DNA of 64,000 nucleotides from Ilumatobacteraceae bacterium (lineage in GTDB: Bacteria > Actinomycetota > Acidimicrobiia > Acidimicrobiales > Ilumatobacteraceae), in NCBI GenBank assembly GCA_963728355.1, contig CAVSJQ010000014.1:11953-75952 (forward strand), written 5' to 3'. Under the pieces are notes generated by a model, which worked only from the letters and a program-made list of their open reading frames with translations, made no database searches and had not been told where the DNA came from. Shown piece after piece: positions 48,020-57,307 of this stretch (position 1 is the first letter of the stretch; every line of letters starts with the position of its first letter). The translations under genes were made by a program, and so were the position numbers.

Positions 48020-48092
48020 TGCACCAGCCGGGGCTCGAACCCGGATCACCGGCTTACAAGTCCGGTCCTTTAACCGATTAAGGCACTGGTGC
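48020..48092 (-). tRNA. tRNA-Thr (anticodon UGU)
   Basis: Acceptor GCACCAG/CTGGTGC. D stem CCTT/AAGG. Anticodon loop CTTGTAA. T arm CCGGG-TTCGAGC-CCCGG. 73 nt. The 31-39 pair is an A-G mismatch in my fold. Confidence 0.75.
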
Positions 48093-48197
48093 GGGCTGTG
48101 CGAAGCGAGCTTACAGGGGCCTCAACCCATGCATCGAGTTCCCTGATTGCTCGATTCGTGCGGCAGCATAACACGGGTTTTGATTTGCGCAAGGGTA

Positions 48198-48227
48198 TTG
48201 ACCAATTGCCTGCAAACGACGTATAGC
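48198..48227 (+). promoter_or_regulatory. sigma-70-like promoter for the USP gene
   Basis: TTGACC (48198-48203), an 18-nt spacer, then TATAGC (48222-48227). Confidence 0.35.
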
Positions 48228-48277
48228 CTGGCTCGGAAGCGGGGACGGGAAGCCCACCGTATACCGTTGTGGAGCGA

Positions 48278-48297
48278 TTGTCATCACACAATGACAA
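48278..48297. promoter_or_regulatory. inverted repeat TTGTCAT-N6-ATGACAA (operator-like)
   Basis: Read directly in the sequence. Lies 10 nt upstream of the USP start codon. Confidence 0.3.
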
Positions 48298-48306
48298 ACC
48301 CCTGCC

Positions 48307-48737
48307 TTGAGCGTCTACCACCACATCCTCGTCGCCCTCGACGGATCGGCGGATTCGCTGACCGCGCTGCGCCACGCCGTCACCCTGGCCCGCGAGCAGA
48401 ACGCGACGCTGACCCTGCTCAGCGTCGTCCCCCACCAACCGACCCCGGTCGGCCCCGGCGTGGCGCCGCCGGCGGAGACCGACGAGACGCACGGCGAGAT
48501 CATCAAGGACGCCCTGGCGCTCGTCCCCGGGGACGTCGGGGTGACCACGCGGCTCGAGCACGGCGACGTCCCGACGACGATCCTGAAGGCGGTCGGCGAG
48601 GATCAGTACGACCTGCTCGTGATGGCTCCCACGGCCACAGCCGCGTCCACCGCGCGCTGCTCGGCTCGGTCTCCGAGAAGGTCCTGCACAAGGCCGCCGT
48701 CCCGGTCCTGATGCTGCGCTCCCACTGCGACGCCTAG
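48307..48737 (+). pseudogene. universal stress protein (UspA family) with a 1-nt frameshift
   Basis: The frame from TTG 48307 gives MSVYHHILVALDGS...DLLVM and then nonsense. The next frame continues GSHGHSRVHRALLGSVSEKVLHKAAVPVLMLR to TAG 48737. The switch is at about 48624-48626 (ATGGC where ATGGGC is expected). Confidence 0.75.
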
Positions 48738-48794
48738 ATAGTTTCCGGCGCGGTCGTCCTTACGTCCGGCTACCGGACCTTAGGTCGACCGCGG

Positions 48795-49544
48795 TCAGGC
48801 GCGGCCGGCCTCGAGCAGGCGGGCGAGGAAGCGGCGCGTCTCCTCCTGGCGCGGTTCGCCGAGCACCTGCGCGGGCGGGCCGGACTCGACGATCCGTCCC
48901 TCGTGCAGGAAGGCGACCTCGTCGGCGACCTCGCGGGCGAAGCTCATCTCGTGGGTGGCGATCACCATCGTCATCCCCTCGGACTTGAGGTCGCGGACCG
49001 CCTCCAGGACCTCGCCGACCAGCTCCGGGTCGAGCGCGCTGGTCACCTCGTCGAGCAGCAGCGCCCGCGGCTTGCCGGCGAAGGCGCGGGCGATCGCGAC
49101 CCGCTGCTGCTGGCCACCGGAGAGCCCGTCGGGCCGATCGTCCTCGCGGCCCGCGAGGCCGAAGCGGGCCAGCAGCGCCCGGCCGCGCTCCTCGGCCTCG
49201 CGCCGCCGCGCCCCGTGCGCCCGCATCTCCCCCAGCACCACGTTCTGCAGCGCCGTCAGGTGGGGGAAGAGGTTGTAGGCCTGGAAGACGACCCCGAGCC
49301 TGCGGCGCACCGCGACCGGCTCGACCGCCGGATCGGTGATCACCTCGCCGTCGAGGAAGATGTCGCCGTCGTCGATCTCCTCCAGCAGGTCGATGCAGCG
49401 CAGCAGGGTCGACTTCCCGGAGCCGGAGGCGCCGATCAGCGCCACCGCCTCGTGCTCGGCGACGTCGAAATCGACGCCGTGCAGGACCTCGCGCTCGCCG
49501 AAGGCCTTGGTGACGCCGCGAACCTCGATCACCGGCGCGCCCAT
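48795..49544 (-). CDS. amino-acid ABC transporter ATP-binding protein
   Basis: Walker A GASGSGKST, signature LSGGQQQRV and Walker B LLLDEVTSALD. Confidence 0.9.
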   Translation of the reverse strand: MGAPVIEVRGVTKAFGEREVLHGVDFDVAEHEAVALIGASGSGKSTLLRCIDLLEEIDDGDIFLDGEVITDPAVEPVAVRRRLGVVFQAYNLFPHLTALQNVVLGEMRAHGARRREAEERGRALLARFGLAGREDDRPDGLSGGQQQRVAIARAFAGKPRALLLDEVTSALDPELVGEVLEAVRDLKSEGMTMVIATHEMSFAREVADEVAFLHEGRIVESGPPAQVLGEPRQEETRRFLARLLEAGRA

Positions 49545-49588
49545 CAGCGCCGCACCTCCATCGTCGGCGCGCCCATCAGCGCACCTCC
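49533..49588. repeat. 32-bp-period tandem duplication of the permease-stop / ATPase-start junction
   Basis: CGGCGCGCCCATCAGCGCCGCACCTCC (49533-49559) versus CGGCGCGCCCATCAGCGCACCTCC (49565-49588). Confidence 0.85.
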
Positions 49589-50421
49589 CCCATCGCGCCG
49601 CCGCCCATCCGGTCGACCACCCGGGCCAGCGGCACCGTCACCACCAGGTAGAGCAGCGCCGCCGCGATCAGCGGCGTGTAGTTGAAGTTTTCGCCCTGGA
49701 AGATCTGCGCGACCCGCACCGCCTCCTGCGGGCCGATCGTCGAGATCAGCGCGACTTCCTTCTGCAGGGCGACGAAGTCGTTGAGCAGCGGCGGCGCGAC
49801 GCGCCGGACCGCCTGCGGCAGGATCACGTGGCGCATCGTCTGCGCCTCGGTCAGCCCGACCGAGAGCGCCGCGTCGTGCTGGCCCTTGTGCACCGAGTTG
49901 ATGCCGGCCCGGAAGACCTCCGAGACGTAAGCGCTGTAGGCGAGGGTCAGGGCGATGCCGCCGAGCACGACCGGGCTGGTCGGCCACCCTTCCAGTTCCA
50001 GCGCCGGCACCCCGAAGCCGATCAGGTAGACGAGCAGCAGGCTCGGGACGCCGCGGAAGAGGTCGACGTAGACGGTGCTCATCAGGCGCACCGGGAAGAG
50101 GCCGGCCGAGCGGTTGACGCGGATCAGGGCGATCAGCAGGGCGAGGACCAGCACCGCCACCTCGACCACCATGAAGATCTTCACGTCGAGCCAGAAACCG
50201 CTCAGCACTTCCGGGAAGGCGTGGCGGAATTCGCTCCAGGAGAAGAACGTTTCCCGCACCACCGGCCAGCCGGGGCTGGTCAGGACAAGCGCCGCGAGCC
50301 CGCCGAGCACGACGACCGTGGAGAGCGCGGCGATCGCCGCGCCGCGCCGCGCCCGGCGTCGTTTCGCCGCCGCGCGTTCGAGACGGCGCTCGCCCGGGAC
50401 GATGGTGGCGGCCTCGTTCAC
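49576..50421 (-). CDS. amino-acid ABC transporter permease
   Basis: 281 aa. Polytopic, with an EAA-like loop (LSVGLTEAQTMRHVILPQA). Confidence 0.85.
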   Translation of the reverse strand: MNEAATIVPGERRLERAAAKRRRARRGAAIAALSTVVVLGGLAALVLTSPGWPVVRETFFSWSEFRHAFPEVLSGFWLDVKIFMVVEVAVLVLALLIALIRVNRSAGLFPVRLMSTVYVDLFRGVPSLLLVYLIGFGVPALELEGWPTSPVVLGGIALTLAYSAYVSEVFRAGINSVHKGQHDAALSVGLTEAQTMRHVILPQAVRRVAPPLLNDFVALQKEVALISTIGPQEAVRVAQIFQGENFNYTPLIAAALLYLVVTVPLARVVDRMGGGAMGEVR

Positions 50422-50437
50422 CCGCCGTGCGGACGCC

Positions 50438-51319
50438 TCAGCGGAGCTGCGGCGCTTCCGCGGCCTGGCTCATCCACCGCTGCGTGATCTTTTCCAGTTC
50501 GCCCGATTCTTCGAGCGCTTCGATCGCCCCCGAGACGCACCCCGTGAGCGACGAGCCCTTCGCCAGCAGGGCGCCCCATTCTTCGCCTTCGGCCCTGCCG
50601 AACTGACCGACGATGGTCGCGTTTTCCACCTGGGCGGCGGTCAGGTAGAGGGCCGTGGGCAGATCGACGACGACCGCTTCGACCTGGCCGTTTTTGAGCG
50701 CGGTCACCACGTCGTCGGAGCTGTTGAAGACTTCCGGTTTGCTCGACGGTTCGATTTCTTCGTTGACCGCCGAGAGGCTCGTGGTGTTGATCTGGACGCC
50801 GATCTTGGTGTCCTTCAGGTCGGCCAGCGATTCCGCCTTCGCCGCTTCGGAGCCTTCCAGGGCGACGACCGCCTGGTTGGCCGAGTAGTAGGGCACCGAG
50901 AAGTCGACCGCCTTTTCGCGGGCCGGCGTGATCGAGATCTCGTTGACGTCGAAGTCGAAGTTCTTCGGCCCCGGCGCGTAGGAGGAGTCGAACGGCTCGA
51001 CCGTCCACTCGATCTTCGCCTTCGGGTAGCCGAGCTGCTTGCCGATCGCGTAGGCGACGGCGCTCTCGAAGCCCTTCCCGTTGGCCGGTTCGCCTTCCTC
51101 GAAGTAGGGCGGGTAGGCCGGTTTGTCGGTGGCGACGGTCAACACACCGGGCTTGTGCGTTTCCATCTTCGACGGCGTGCAGTTCGCGGCGTTGGCGGTT
51201 TCGCCGCCGCCTTTCGCCCCGCCGGTGGTCGCGCTTTCCTTCTTGCCGCCGCAGCCGGCCACGACCAGCACGAGGCCGAGGGCGAGCAGCGAGACGGTGG
51301 CGAACGTGATTCTGCGCAT
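50438..51319 (-). CDS. amino-acid ABC transporter substrate-binding lipoprotein
   Basis: ATG 51319. Lipoprotein signal MRRITFATVSLLALGLVLVVAGC. SBP_bac_3-like body. Confidence 0.85.
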   Translation of the reverse strand: MRRITFATVSLLALGLVLVVAGCGGKKESATTGGAKGGGETANAANCTPSKMETHKPGVLTVATDKPAYPPYFEEGEPANGKGFESAVAYAIGKQLGYPKAKIEWTVEPFDSSYAPGPKNFDFDVNEISITPAREKAVDFSVPYYSANQAVVALEGSEAAKAESLADLKDTKIGVQINTTSLSAVNEEIEPSSKPEVFNSSDDVVTALKNGQVEAVVVDLPTALYLTAAQVENATIVGQFGRAEGEEWGALLAKGSSLTGCVSGAIEALEESGELEKITQRWMSQAAEAPQLR

Positions 51320-51409
51320 GGGACTCCGGGGCCGGAGGCCGAGCATCCTACGGGAAAGCGGGGACGATCCACCGCGGCGCCGCCGGCGCGGAGCCCGCCG
51401 GCGGCGCCG

Positions 51410-51811
51410 TCAGGCGTTCATGTCGACGGCGAAGACGTTGCTCGGCTCGATCGTCACCATGACCCGCTTCTCGCCCGGGCCGTCGTTGCCGCGCAGGTCC
51501 ACCCCGCCGTACTTGACGCCGACCCGGTCGGCGAACGCGTAGTCGTCGTCGGGCTCGATCCGCGCCGTCCCCCGCACGTCGAGGTAGCGGAACGGGTTGG
51601 CCAGGTCGAGGACGAAGAGGCTGCACCGCGGGCGGGCCCGCAGGTTCCTGGTCTTCAGCCGCGTCTCGTTCAGCGAGACCTTCGCCTCGCCGTCCTCGAA
51701 GAGGAACCAGACCTCGGTCAGCTGCGGGCCGCCGTTCTTGCCGATCGTCGCCAGGGTGGCGAATCGGGCGTCGAGCAGGTCTCGGTGTGAGTCGGGAAAT
51801 TCGGTGGTCAT
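51410..51811 (-). CDS. PPOX-class (F420/FMN-dependent) oxidoreductase family protein
   Basis: ATG 51811. LLDARFATLATIGKNGGPQLTEVWF is typical of the pyridoxamine-5-phosphate-oxidase-like fold. Confidence 0.7.
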   Translation of the reverse strand: MTTEFPDSHRDLLDARFATLATIGKNGGPQLTEVWFLFEDGEAKVSLNETRLKTRNLRARPRCSLFVLDLANPFRYLDVRGTARIEPDDDYAFADRVGVKYGGVDLRGNDGPGEKRVMVTIEPSNVFAVDMNA

Positions 51812-51945
51812 CGGTCGATTTTGGCGCACCGGGAGCCTCGGCCCGAGGATCGCGCCCGTATATGGGACGCGGGCGCGGCGGGCGGCGGACGGCCGATGTG
51901 GGCGACCGGCCGGCGTGCCGCCGCCGAAACAGGCAGGATGGGCGC

Positions 51946-52194
51946 ATGAGCCCGCCCCGATCGCGCCGCGAAGAGCGCCCAGACTACGGCTGGGTGATCT
52001 CGTTCGGCTGTAAAGAGACGGGCGAGCTCAAACGGCTCAAGGTCGACACCGACCCCGCCTCGGACACCAGCCCGATCGAGGTTCATTGCACCTGCGGTGA
52101 GGTCCACCGCGTCACCGTCTCTCCCTACCGCCGCCGCCGCGCCGCCGACGAGCCGTTCGACCTCGAGGTCACCTCGCTCGACGAGCTGCGCTGA
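51946..52194 (+). CDS. hypothetical small protein
   Basis: 82-aa reading from ATG 51946. I recognise no motif. Confidence 0.4.
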   Translation: MSPPRSRREERPDYGWVISFGCKETGELKRLKVDTDPASDTSPIEVHCTCGEVHRVTVSPYRRRRAADEPFDLEVTSLDELR

Positions 52195-52214
52195 ACCGAC
52201 CGAAAGGATTCGCG

Positions 52215-52604
52215 ATGCCCCTCGCCGCCATCAACTTCGGGGAACTGCTCCTCCTCGTCTTCGAGGTCTTCCTGTTCGTGGTCTGGATCTGGATCCTGTT
52301 CACGATCATCGGCGACCTCTTCCGCAACCACGACATGTCGGGGTGGCTGAAGGCGCTCTGGATCCTCCTCCTCGTCTTCATCCCGTACGTGACCGCGCTC
52401 GTCTACCTGGTCGTCTACGGCTCCGACATGCGCGAACGGCAGCTCCGCGCCCAGGCCGAGGCCAAACACGACGCCGACGCCTACTTCCGCGCCGCGGCGC
52501 AGACCTCGACCGCCGACGAACTCCACAAGCTGCACGACCTGCTCGACCGAGGCGCCCTCAGCGAGGCCGAGTACCAGCGCGCCAAGGAGAAGCTGCTCTC
52601 CTGA
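52215..52604 (+). CDS. PLDc_N-type membrane domain + SHOCT domain protein
   Basis: Two TM helices (WIWILFTIIGDLF, LWILLLVFIPYVTALVYLV) and the C-terminal SHOCT LHDLLDRGALSEAEYQRAKEKLL. Confidence 0.7.
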   Translation: MPLAAINFGELLLLVFEVFLFVVWIWILFTIIGDLFRNHDMSGWLKALWILLLVFIPYVTALVYLVVYGSDMRERQLRAQAEAKHDADAYFRAAAQTSTADELHKLHDLLDRGALSEAEYQRAKEKLLS

Positions 52605-52633
52605 GGCGAGGGGCGCGCCGGGCGCGCGCCCCG

Positions 52634-53098
52634 TCAGGAATCCAGCCCGACGCCGCGCAGCCGGCCGAGCAGCGAACGCAGCTCGGCCCGCTCCGCCTCG
52701 TCGAGGTCGGCGAGGACCTCGGCATCGATCTCGACCAGCGCCGCGTCGACCTCGGCCAGCACCTCGCGGCCGTGGTCGGTCAGCTCGAGGATGCCGCGGC
52801 GCCGGTCCTCGCGGTCGCGGCGACGGGCGACGAGGTCGCGGTCCTCGAGGTCGTTGAGCAGGCAGACGAGGCTGCTCGGGTCCATGCAGAGGCTCTGGGC
52901 GAGGGACTGCTGGCGGGCCGGGCCGTGGTCGCGCAGGTAGCTGAGGGCGACCAGCTGGCGCTGGCGCAGGCCGCGCGGGCCGAGCGCCGCCTCGAGCCGG
53001 GCCCGCACGAGCCTCGCGACCCGGGCGATGAGGACCGCGGCCGGCAGGTCGGTGCCAGACCGCGGTGCGGTGGCATTGGTCAGTGATCCGCCAGCCAT
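52634..53098 (-). CDS. MarR-family transcriptional regulator
   Basis: ATG 53098 within the long ORF. Winged HTH QLVALSYLRDHGPARQQSLAQSLCMDPSSLVCLLNDLEDRDLVARRRD. Confidence 0.85.
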   Translation of the reverse strand: MAGGSLTNATAPRSGTDLPAAVLIARVARLVRARLEAALGPRGLRQRQLVALSYLRDHGPARQQSLAQSLCMDPSSLVCLLNDLEDRDLVARRRDREDRRRGILELTDHGREVLAEVDAALVEIDAEVLADLDEAERAELRSLLGRLRGVGLDS

Positions 53099-53162
53099 TG
53101 ATCGCATACAAGCACGATAAGCTTTGGTATTCATAAATGATTGGGGAAGAAAGGATCTACAG

Positions 53163-54296
53163 GTGCTGCACCTCGTAGAGCCCTGCCCTGAGAGCGACGG
53201 GGCCCGCGGCGGCGACGCGGCGCGGCGCCAGGCCCCGCCCGCCGCCGACACCCCGAGCCTGCGCACCGCCCGGCAGACCACCGGGCTGCCGCCGACCCGG
53301 ACGCTCGTCGTCCACGGGCTCTTCGCGGTCGGGCTCTCGGCGGCCGCCGCGGCGGCGGTCATCTGGGTCCCTTTCCTGGAGCCGATCCGCGACCGCTTCG
53401 CGAGGACGGAGCCGGGCTGGGTCGTGGCCGCCTTCCTCCTGCAACTGCTCTCCATGCTGAGCTTCGTGGCGGCGCTGCGCGGCGCCTTCGACCGCCGGCT
53501 CGGCTGGCGCGACTCCTTCGACATCGGCGTCGTCGAGGAGAGCGCCAACGTCATGCTGCCCTCCGGCGGCAGCGGCGGCCTGGCGCTCGGCGCGGTGCTG
53601 ATGATCCGCTCCGGCATCCCAACCTCCTTCGCGGTCGCCCGCTCCATGGTCCTCTTCCTGGTCACCAGCGGGGTCGGCCTGGCGGCGCTGGTCGTGTTCG
53701 GGCTCGGCGAGGCGATCGGCGTCCTGCCCGGGCACGCCTCGCTCGCCGCCACCCTGATCCCGGCGCTCGGCGGCGCCCTGGTCATCGCCGTGGCCATCGC
53801 CCTGGCCCGCCATCTGCCGCGGATCGACCCGGAGGGCGGCGGCCGCGTCCGCCGCGCCCTCGCCGCCACCCAGGGCTCGCTCTCCGGCGCGGTCGACACC
53901 AGCCTGGCGATGGTCGCCCGCGGCGACGCGCTGCTGATCGGCGGCTCGATCGGCTACTTCGCCTTCGACGCGGCCTCGATGGGCGCCTCCTTCGAGGCGC
54001 TGGGCGGCGGCGGCCCGGCGCTCGGCCTCTTCGTCCTCGCCTACGTCGTCGGCCACGGCGGCGCGATCGTCCCCTTGCCCGGCAGCGCCGAGGGCGGCCT
54101 GCTCGGCGCCTTCACCCTCTACGGCACCGCGCTCAGTCTCAGCGCCGGCGGGGTGCTGGTCTACCGGACCTTCCACGCCGGAGTGCCGTTCCTGCTCGCC
54201 GTGCTCGGCCTCGCCGACCTCGGTCGGCGGCGGCGGGAGCGCGGTACGGATCCCGACGCGGCCGAGCCGCGGGGCCACGCCGGCCACGCCACCTGA
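53163..54296 (+). CDS. lysylphosphatidylglycerol-synthase-TM-like (UPF0104) membrane protein
   Basis: GTG 53163 is preceded by GAAAGGA. About 8 TM helices. Family assignment is from memory of the overall pattern. Confidence 0.55.
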   Translation: MLHLVEPCPESDGARGGDAARRQAPPAADTPSLRTARQTTGLPPTRTLVVHGLFAVGLSAAAAAAVIWVPFLEPIRDRFARTEPGWVVAAFLLQLLSMLSFVAALRGAFDRRLGWRDSFDIGVVEESANVMLPSGGSGGLALGAVLMIRSGIPTSFAVARSMVLFLVTSGVGLAALVVFGLGEAIGVLPGHASLAATLIPALGGALVIAVAIALARHLPRIDPEGGGRVRRALAATQGSLSGAVDTSLAMVARGDALLIGGSIGYFAFDAASMGASFEALGGGGPALGLFVLAYVVGHGGAIVPLPGSAEGGLLGAFTLYGTALSLSAGGVLVYRTFHAGVPFLLAVLGLADLGRRRRERGTDPDAAEPRGHAGHAT

Positions 54297-54304
54297 CCGG
54301 CTCG

Positions 54305-55561
54305 CTACCGCGGGCAGTGGGGGACGTCTGAAGCCGGGGCCGCCAGCGGCCGCCGGCCACCGCGGTCGGGGCGCACCCGCGGCTCGGTCAGCCAGATCAG
54401 GATCGCGGTGAGCGCGAAGGCGCCCCCCACCCCGCACACCGCCGGCCAGCCGCCCACGCTCCAGGCGATCGCTCCGGCCGCCGAGCCGATCGCCCCGCCG
54501 ACGAAGTTCGCGGCCACGTAGGCGGTGGTGACCCGTCCGGTCGTCTCGCGGCCGAGCGCGTAGATCGCCCCCTGGCTGAGGACGTTCTGGCCCTGGACGC
54601 CGAAGTCGAGCATCGCCAGCCCGACCAGGATCGCCGGCACGCTGTCGCGGCCGAGCAGGAAGATCAGCCAGCTGAGCAGCACCGCGGCGAGCATGCCGCC
54701 GGTGGCGACGCGGCCGCGACCGCGGTCGTGCAGGCGCCCGGTGCGCATCGCCGCGACCGTGCCGCCGAGGCCGGCCAGGCCGAACAGCCCGATCGTCGCC
54801 TCGCCGAAGTCGAAGGGCGGGTCGGAGAGCAGGAAGGAGAGCGTCGTCCAGACGAGGCTGAAGCCGGCGAAGCCGCAGGCGCCGTAGATCATCCGCCGGC
54901 GCAGCACCGGCTCGGCCCGGATCAGCGTCGCGACGCTGCCCAGCAGCCGGCCGTAGGAGAGCGTGGCGGAGGGCGGGCGACGCGGCATCGCCCGCCAGAG
55001 GGCGATCGCCAGCAGCGCCATCGCCAGCGCGGCGATCGCGAAGACGGTGCGCCACCCGGCGACGCCGGCCAGCAGCCCCGAGAAGGTGCGGGCGAGCAGG
55101 ATGCCGGTCAGCAGCCCGCTCATCACCAGGCCGACGACGTGGCCCCGTTCGTGGTCGGGGGCCAGCGTGCTGGCGAAGGGCACGAGGATCTGGGCGACGA
55201 CCGAGGTCGCCGCCGCCAGCCCGATCGCCAGCGCGAGGACCGCGAAGCGCGGCGCCGCGGCGGCGCCGAGCAGGCTCAGGCAGCTGATCGCCAGCAGCGC
55301 GACGACGAGCTTGCGGCGGTCGACGAGGTCGCCGAGCGGGGCGAGGAAGACGATCCCCAGCCCATAGAAGACCTGCGACACCGTGACCAGCATCCCCGCG
55401 GTGCCGTCGGAGACGCCGAAGTGCGCGCCGATCGTCGAGAGGAGCGGCTGCGCGTAGTAAAGGTTGGCCACCGTTGCCCCGCAGCCGACCGCGAGTAGCG
55501 CGACGAGCTTGCGGTCGATCGGCTGGACGACGTCGTCGGGCACCCGGCCGAACCTACGCAC
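54305..55561 (-). CDS. MFS transporter
   Basis: 418 aa with about 12 TM helices. Motif-A-like GDLVDRRK. Confidence 0.8.
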   Translation of the reverse strand: MRRFGRVPDDVVQPIDRKLVALLAVGCGATVANLYYAQPLLSTIGAHFGVSDGTAGMLVTVSQVFYGLGIVFLAPLGDLVDRRKLVVALLAISCLSLLGAAAAPRFAVLALAIGLAAATSVVAQILVPFASTLAPDHERGHVVGLVMSGLLTGILLARTFSGLLAGVAGWRTVFAIAALAMALLAIALWRAMPRRPPSATLSYGRLLGSVATLIRAEPVLRRRMIYGACGFAGFSLVWTTLSFLLSDPPFDFGEATIGLFGLAGLGGTVAAMRTGRLHDRGRGRVATGGMLAAVLLSWLIFLLGRDSVPAILVGLAMLDFGVQGQNVLSQGAIYALGRETTGRVTTAYVAANFVGGAIGSAAGAIAWSVGGWPAVCGVGGAFALTAILIWLTEPRVRPDRGGRRPLAAPASDVPHCPR

Positions 55562-55617
55562 CGCCGTCTCCCGGCGCCATCGAGTTGCTCACACAGGCGA
55601 GGCGTCATCATCGTGGC

Positions 55618-56382
55618 GTGCACGGGCCAGAGCGACCCACTCCCGCCGTCGTTGCGTCGGAGGCGGCCCGCGACGCCCACCAGCACGAGCACTCCCACGC
55701 CCACGGCGGCGACCACGGCCACAGCCACGGGCTGGTCGCGGCGTCGATCAAGCGCTCGCGGGCCGGGCTGCGGGCGGTGCTGGCGAGCCTGGTGATCCTT
55801 GGGCTCACCGCGGCGCTGCAGCTGGTCGTCTTCGTGCTGTCGGACTCGGTGGCGCTGCTCGCCGACCTGATCCACAACTTCGGCGACGCGCTGACCGCGC
55901 TGCCGCTCGGCGCGGCCTTCCTGCTGCGCTCCTTCAAGGCCGAGAAGTACGCGGGCTACTTCGTCGTCGCGACGATCTTCGTCAGCGCCTGCGTCGCGTT
56001 CGGCGAGTCGGTCGACCGGCTGCTCAACCCGCGGGAGCTGTCGCACCTGTGGGCGCTGGCGGGGGCCGGCGCGATCGGCTTCCTCGGCAACGAGGCGGCG
56101 GCCTGGGTGCGGCTGCGGGCCGGGCGGCGGCTGGCCAGCCCGGCCCTGGTCGCCGACGGCTACCACGCCCGCACCGACGGCATCGTCAGCCTCGCCGTGG
56201 TCGCCTCCGCGATCCTCGTCGCGCTCGGCGCCCAGATCGCCGACCCGCTGATCGGGATGATCGTCACCGCGGTGATCCTGCGGATCACCTGGCAGTCCTA
56301 CCTGACCGTCCGCGCCGACCCGGGCGAGCCGCCCGGCGCCGGTCCCCCGCCCGAGGACCATGCTCACGCGCACGACCACTGA
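55618..56382 (+). CDS. cation diffusion facilitator (CDF) metal efflux transporter
   Basis: GTG 55618. His-rich N-terminus HQHEHSHAHGGDHGHSHG. TM2 motif SVALLADLIHNFGDA. Confidence 0.8.
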   Translation: MHGPERPTPAVVASEAARDAHQHEHSHAHGGDHGHSHGLVAASIKRSRAGLRAVLASLVILGLTAALQLVVFVLSDSVALLADLIHNFGDALTALPLGAAFLLRSFKAEKYAGYFVVATIFVSACVAFGESVDRLLNPRELSHLWALAGAGAIGFLGNEAAAWVRLRAGRRLASPALVADGYHARTDGIVSLAVVASAILVALGAQIADPLIGMIVTAVILRITWQSYLTVRADPGEPPGAGPPPEDHAHAHDH

Positions 56383-57307
56383 GGACCGGGCCGTCGAGGA
56401 GCTGCGGGGGCGATGCCTGCGGGCGCCGAGTCGCACCGCCAACGCGAGCCGCAACGCCCAGGCCGAGGTGGGACGCCGGCGGCGCTGGGCGCCGGCCCGG
56501 GACGCGCTCTGGTCCTTCCTCGCCCCCGCCCTCGCGGAGGGCGCGCGGGTGGCGATCGTCGGCGCCGGCAACGGCGACGACCTGCCGCTGCGGCGGATCG
56601 CCGACCGCGCCGGTGCCGTCACCCTGATCGACATCGACCCGGGCGCGGCGCGGGAGGCGCGGCTGCGCCTCGGGCGGCAGGAACGACGGCGGGTGAGCGT
56701 GCTCGGCCACGACGTGACCGGGGGCGCCGCCGACCGCATCGCGCTCGCCGCGCTGCGCGGCGAGCCCGGCCCTCCCGCCGCGGCGACGCCGACGACCGCG
56801 CTGCCCGGCGCGCCCTACGACCTCGCGATCGGCGATCTCCTCTACAGCCAGCTGCTCTACCCCGCCCTGGTCGACCTCGGGGTCGGCGCACCGCGCCGCG
56901 CCGCCGCGCTCGAGCGCCACGCCGCGCCGCTGACCGGCGCGCTGGTCACCCGCCTGCACGCCTCGGCGGCCCGCGTCGTCCACCTCCACGACCCGCTCGC
57001 CTGGTGGGACGGCCACCCGCAGCCGGTCGGGCTCGCCGACGTCCTCGCCGTCGCCGCGACCGATCCGGAGGCCGCCCTGGCGCTCGCCGCGCGCGGCCGC
57101 GGCCCGCACGCGAGCGACCCCCGCGGCGCGCCGGCGCCACGGGGGTCCGCCCCCACGGCCACCGCGCTGTGGCGGTGGCCGTTCTCCTCAGGTGTCGACT
57201 ACCTCGTCTGCGCGACCCTCGCCGCGCCCTCGCTCAGTGGCCCTTCGGACGGCAGGCGCGCACGATTTCGGTGCTCGCGCTGGTCCCGTCTTCGAACATC
57301 GCCTTGA
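56360..57307 (+). CDS. hypothetical protein, possibly Rossmann/methyltransferase-like
   Basis: 315-aa ORF. VAIVGAGNGDD...LIDIDP resembles a nucleotide-binding motif. The function call is weak. Confidence 0.45.
   Translation: MLTRTTTEDRAVEELRGRCLRAPSRTANASRNAQAEVGRRRRWAPARDALWSFLAPALAEGARVAIVGAGNGDDLPLRRIADRAGAVTLIDIDPGAAREARLRLGRQERRRVSVLGHDVTGGAADRIALAALRGEPGPPAAATPTTALPGAPYDLAIGDLLYSQLLYPALVDLGVGAPRRAAALERHAAPLTGALVTRLHASAARVVHLHDPLAWWDGHPQPVGLADVLAVAATDPEAALALAARGRGPHASDPRGAPAPRGSAPTATALWRWPFSSGVDYLVCATLAAPSLSGPSDGRRARFRCSRWSRLRTSP

Noticed and set aside
48020-48092. A-G mismatch at positions 31-39 of the tRNA-Thr anticodon stem, as a sign of a pseudo-tRNA
   Set aside because: All other arms and conserved positions fold normally. 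A single non-Watson-Crick closing pair is not enough to call a pseudogene without a covariance-model score.
51946-52604. Small Cys-containing ORF plus PLDc_N-SHOCT membrane protein, considered as a possible two-gene stress or defence module
   Set aside because: There are no catalytic motifs and no mobile or defence context. PLDc_N-SHOCT proteins are common housekeeping-like membrane proteins in actinobacteria.
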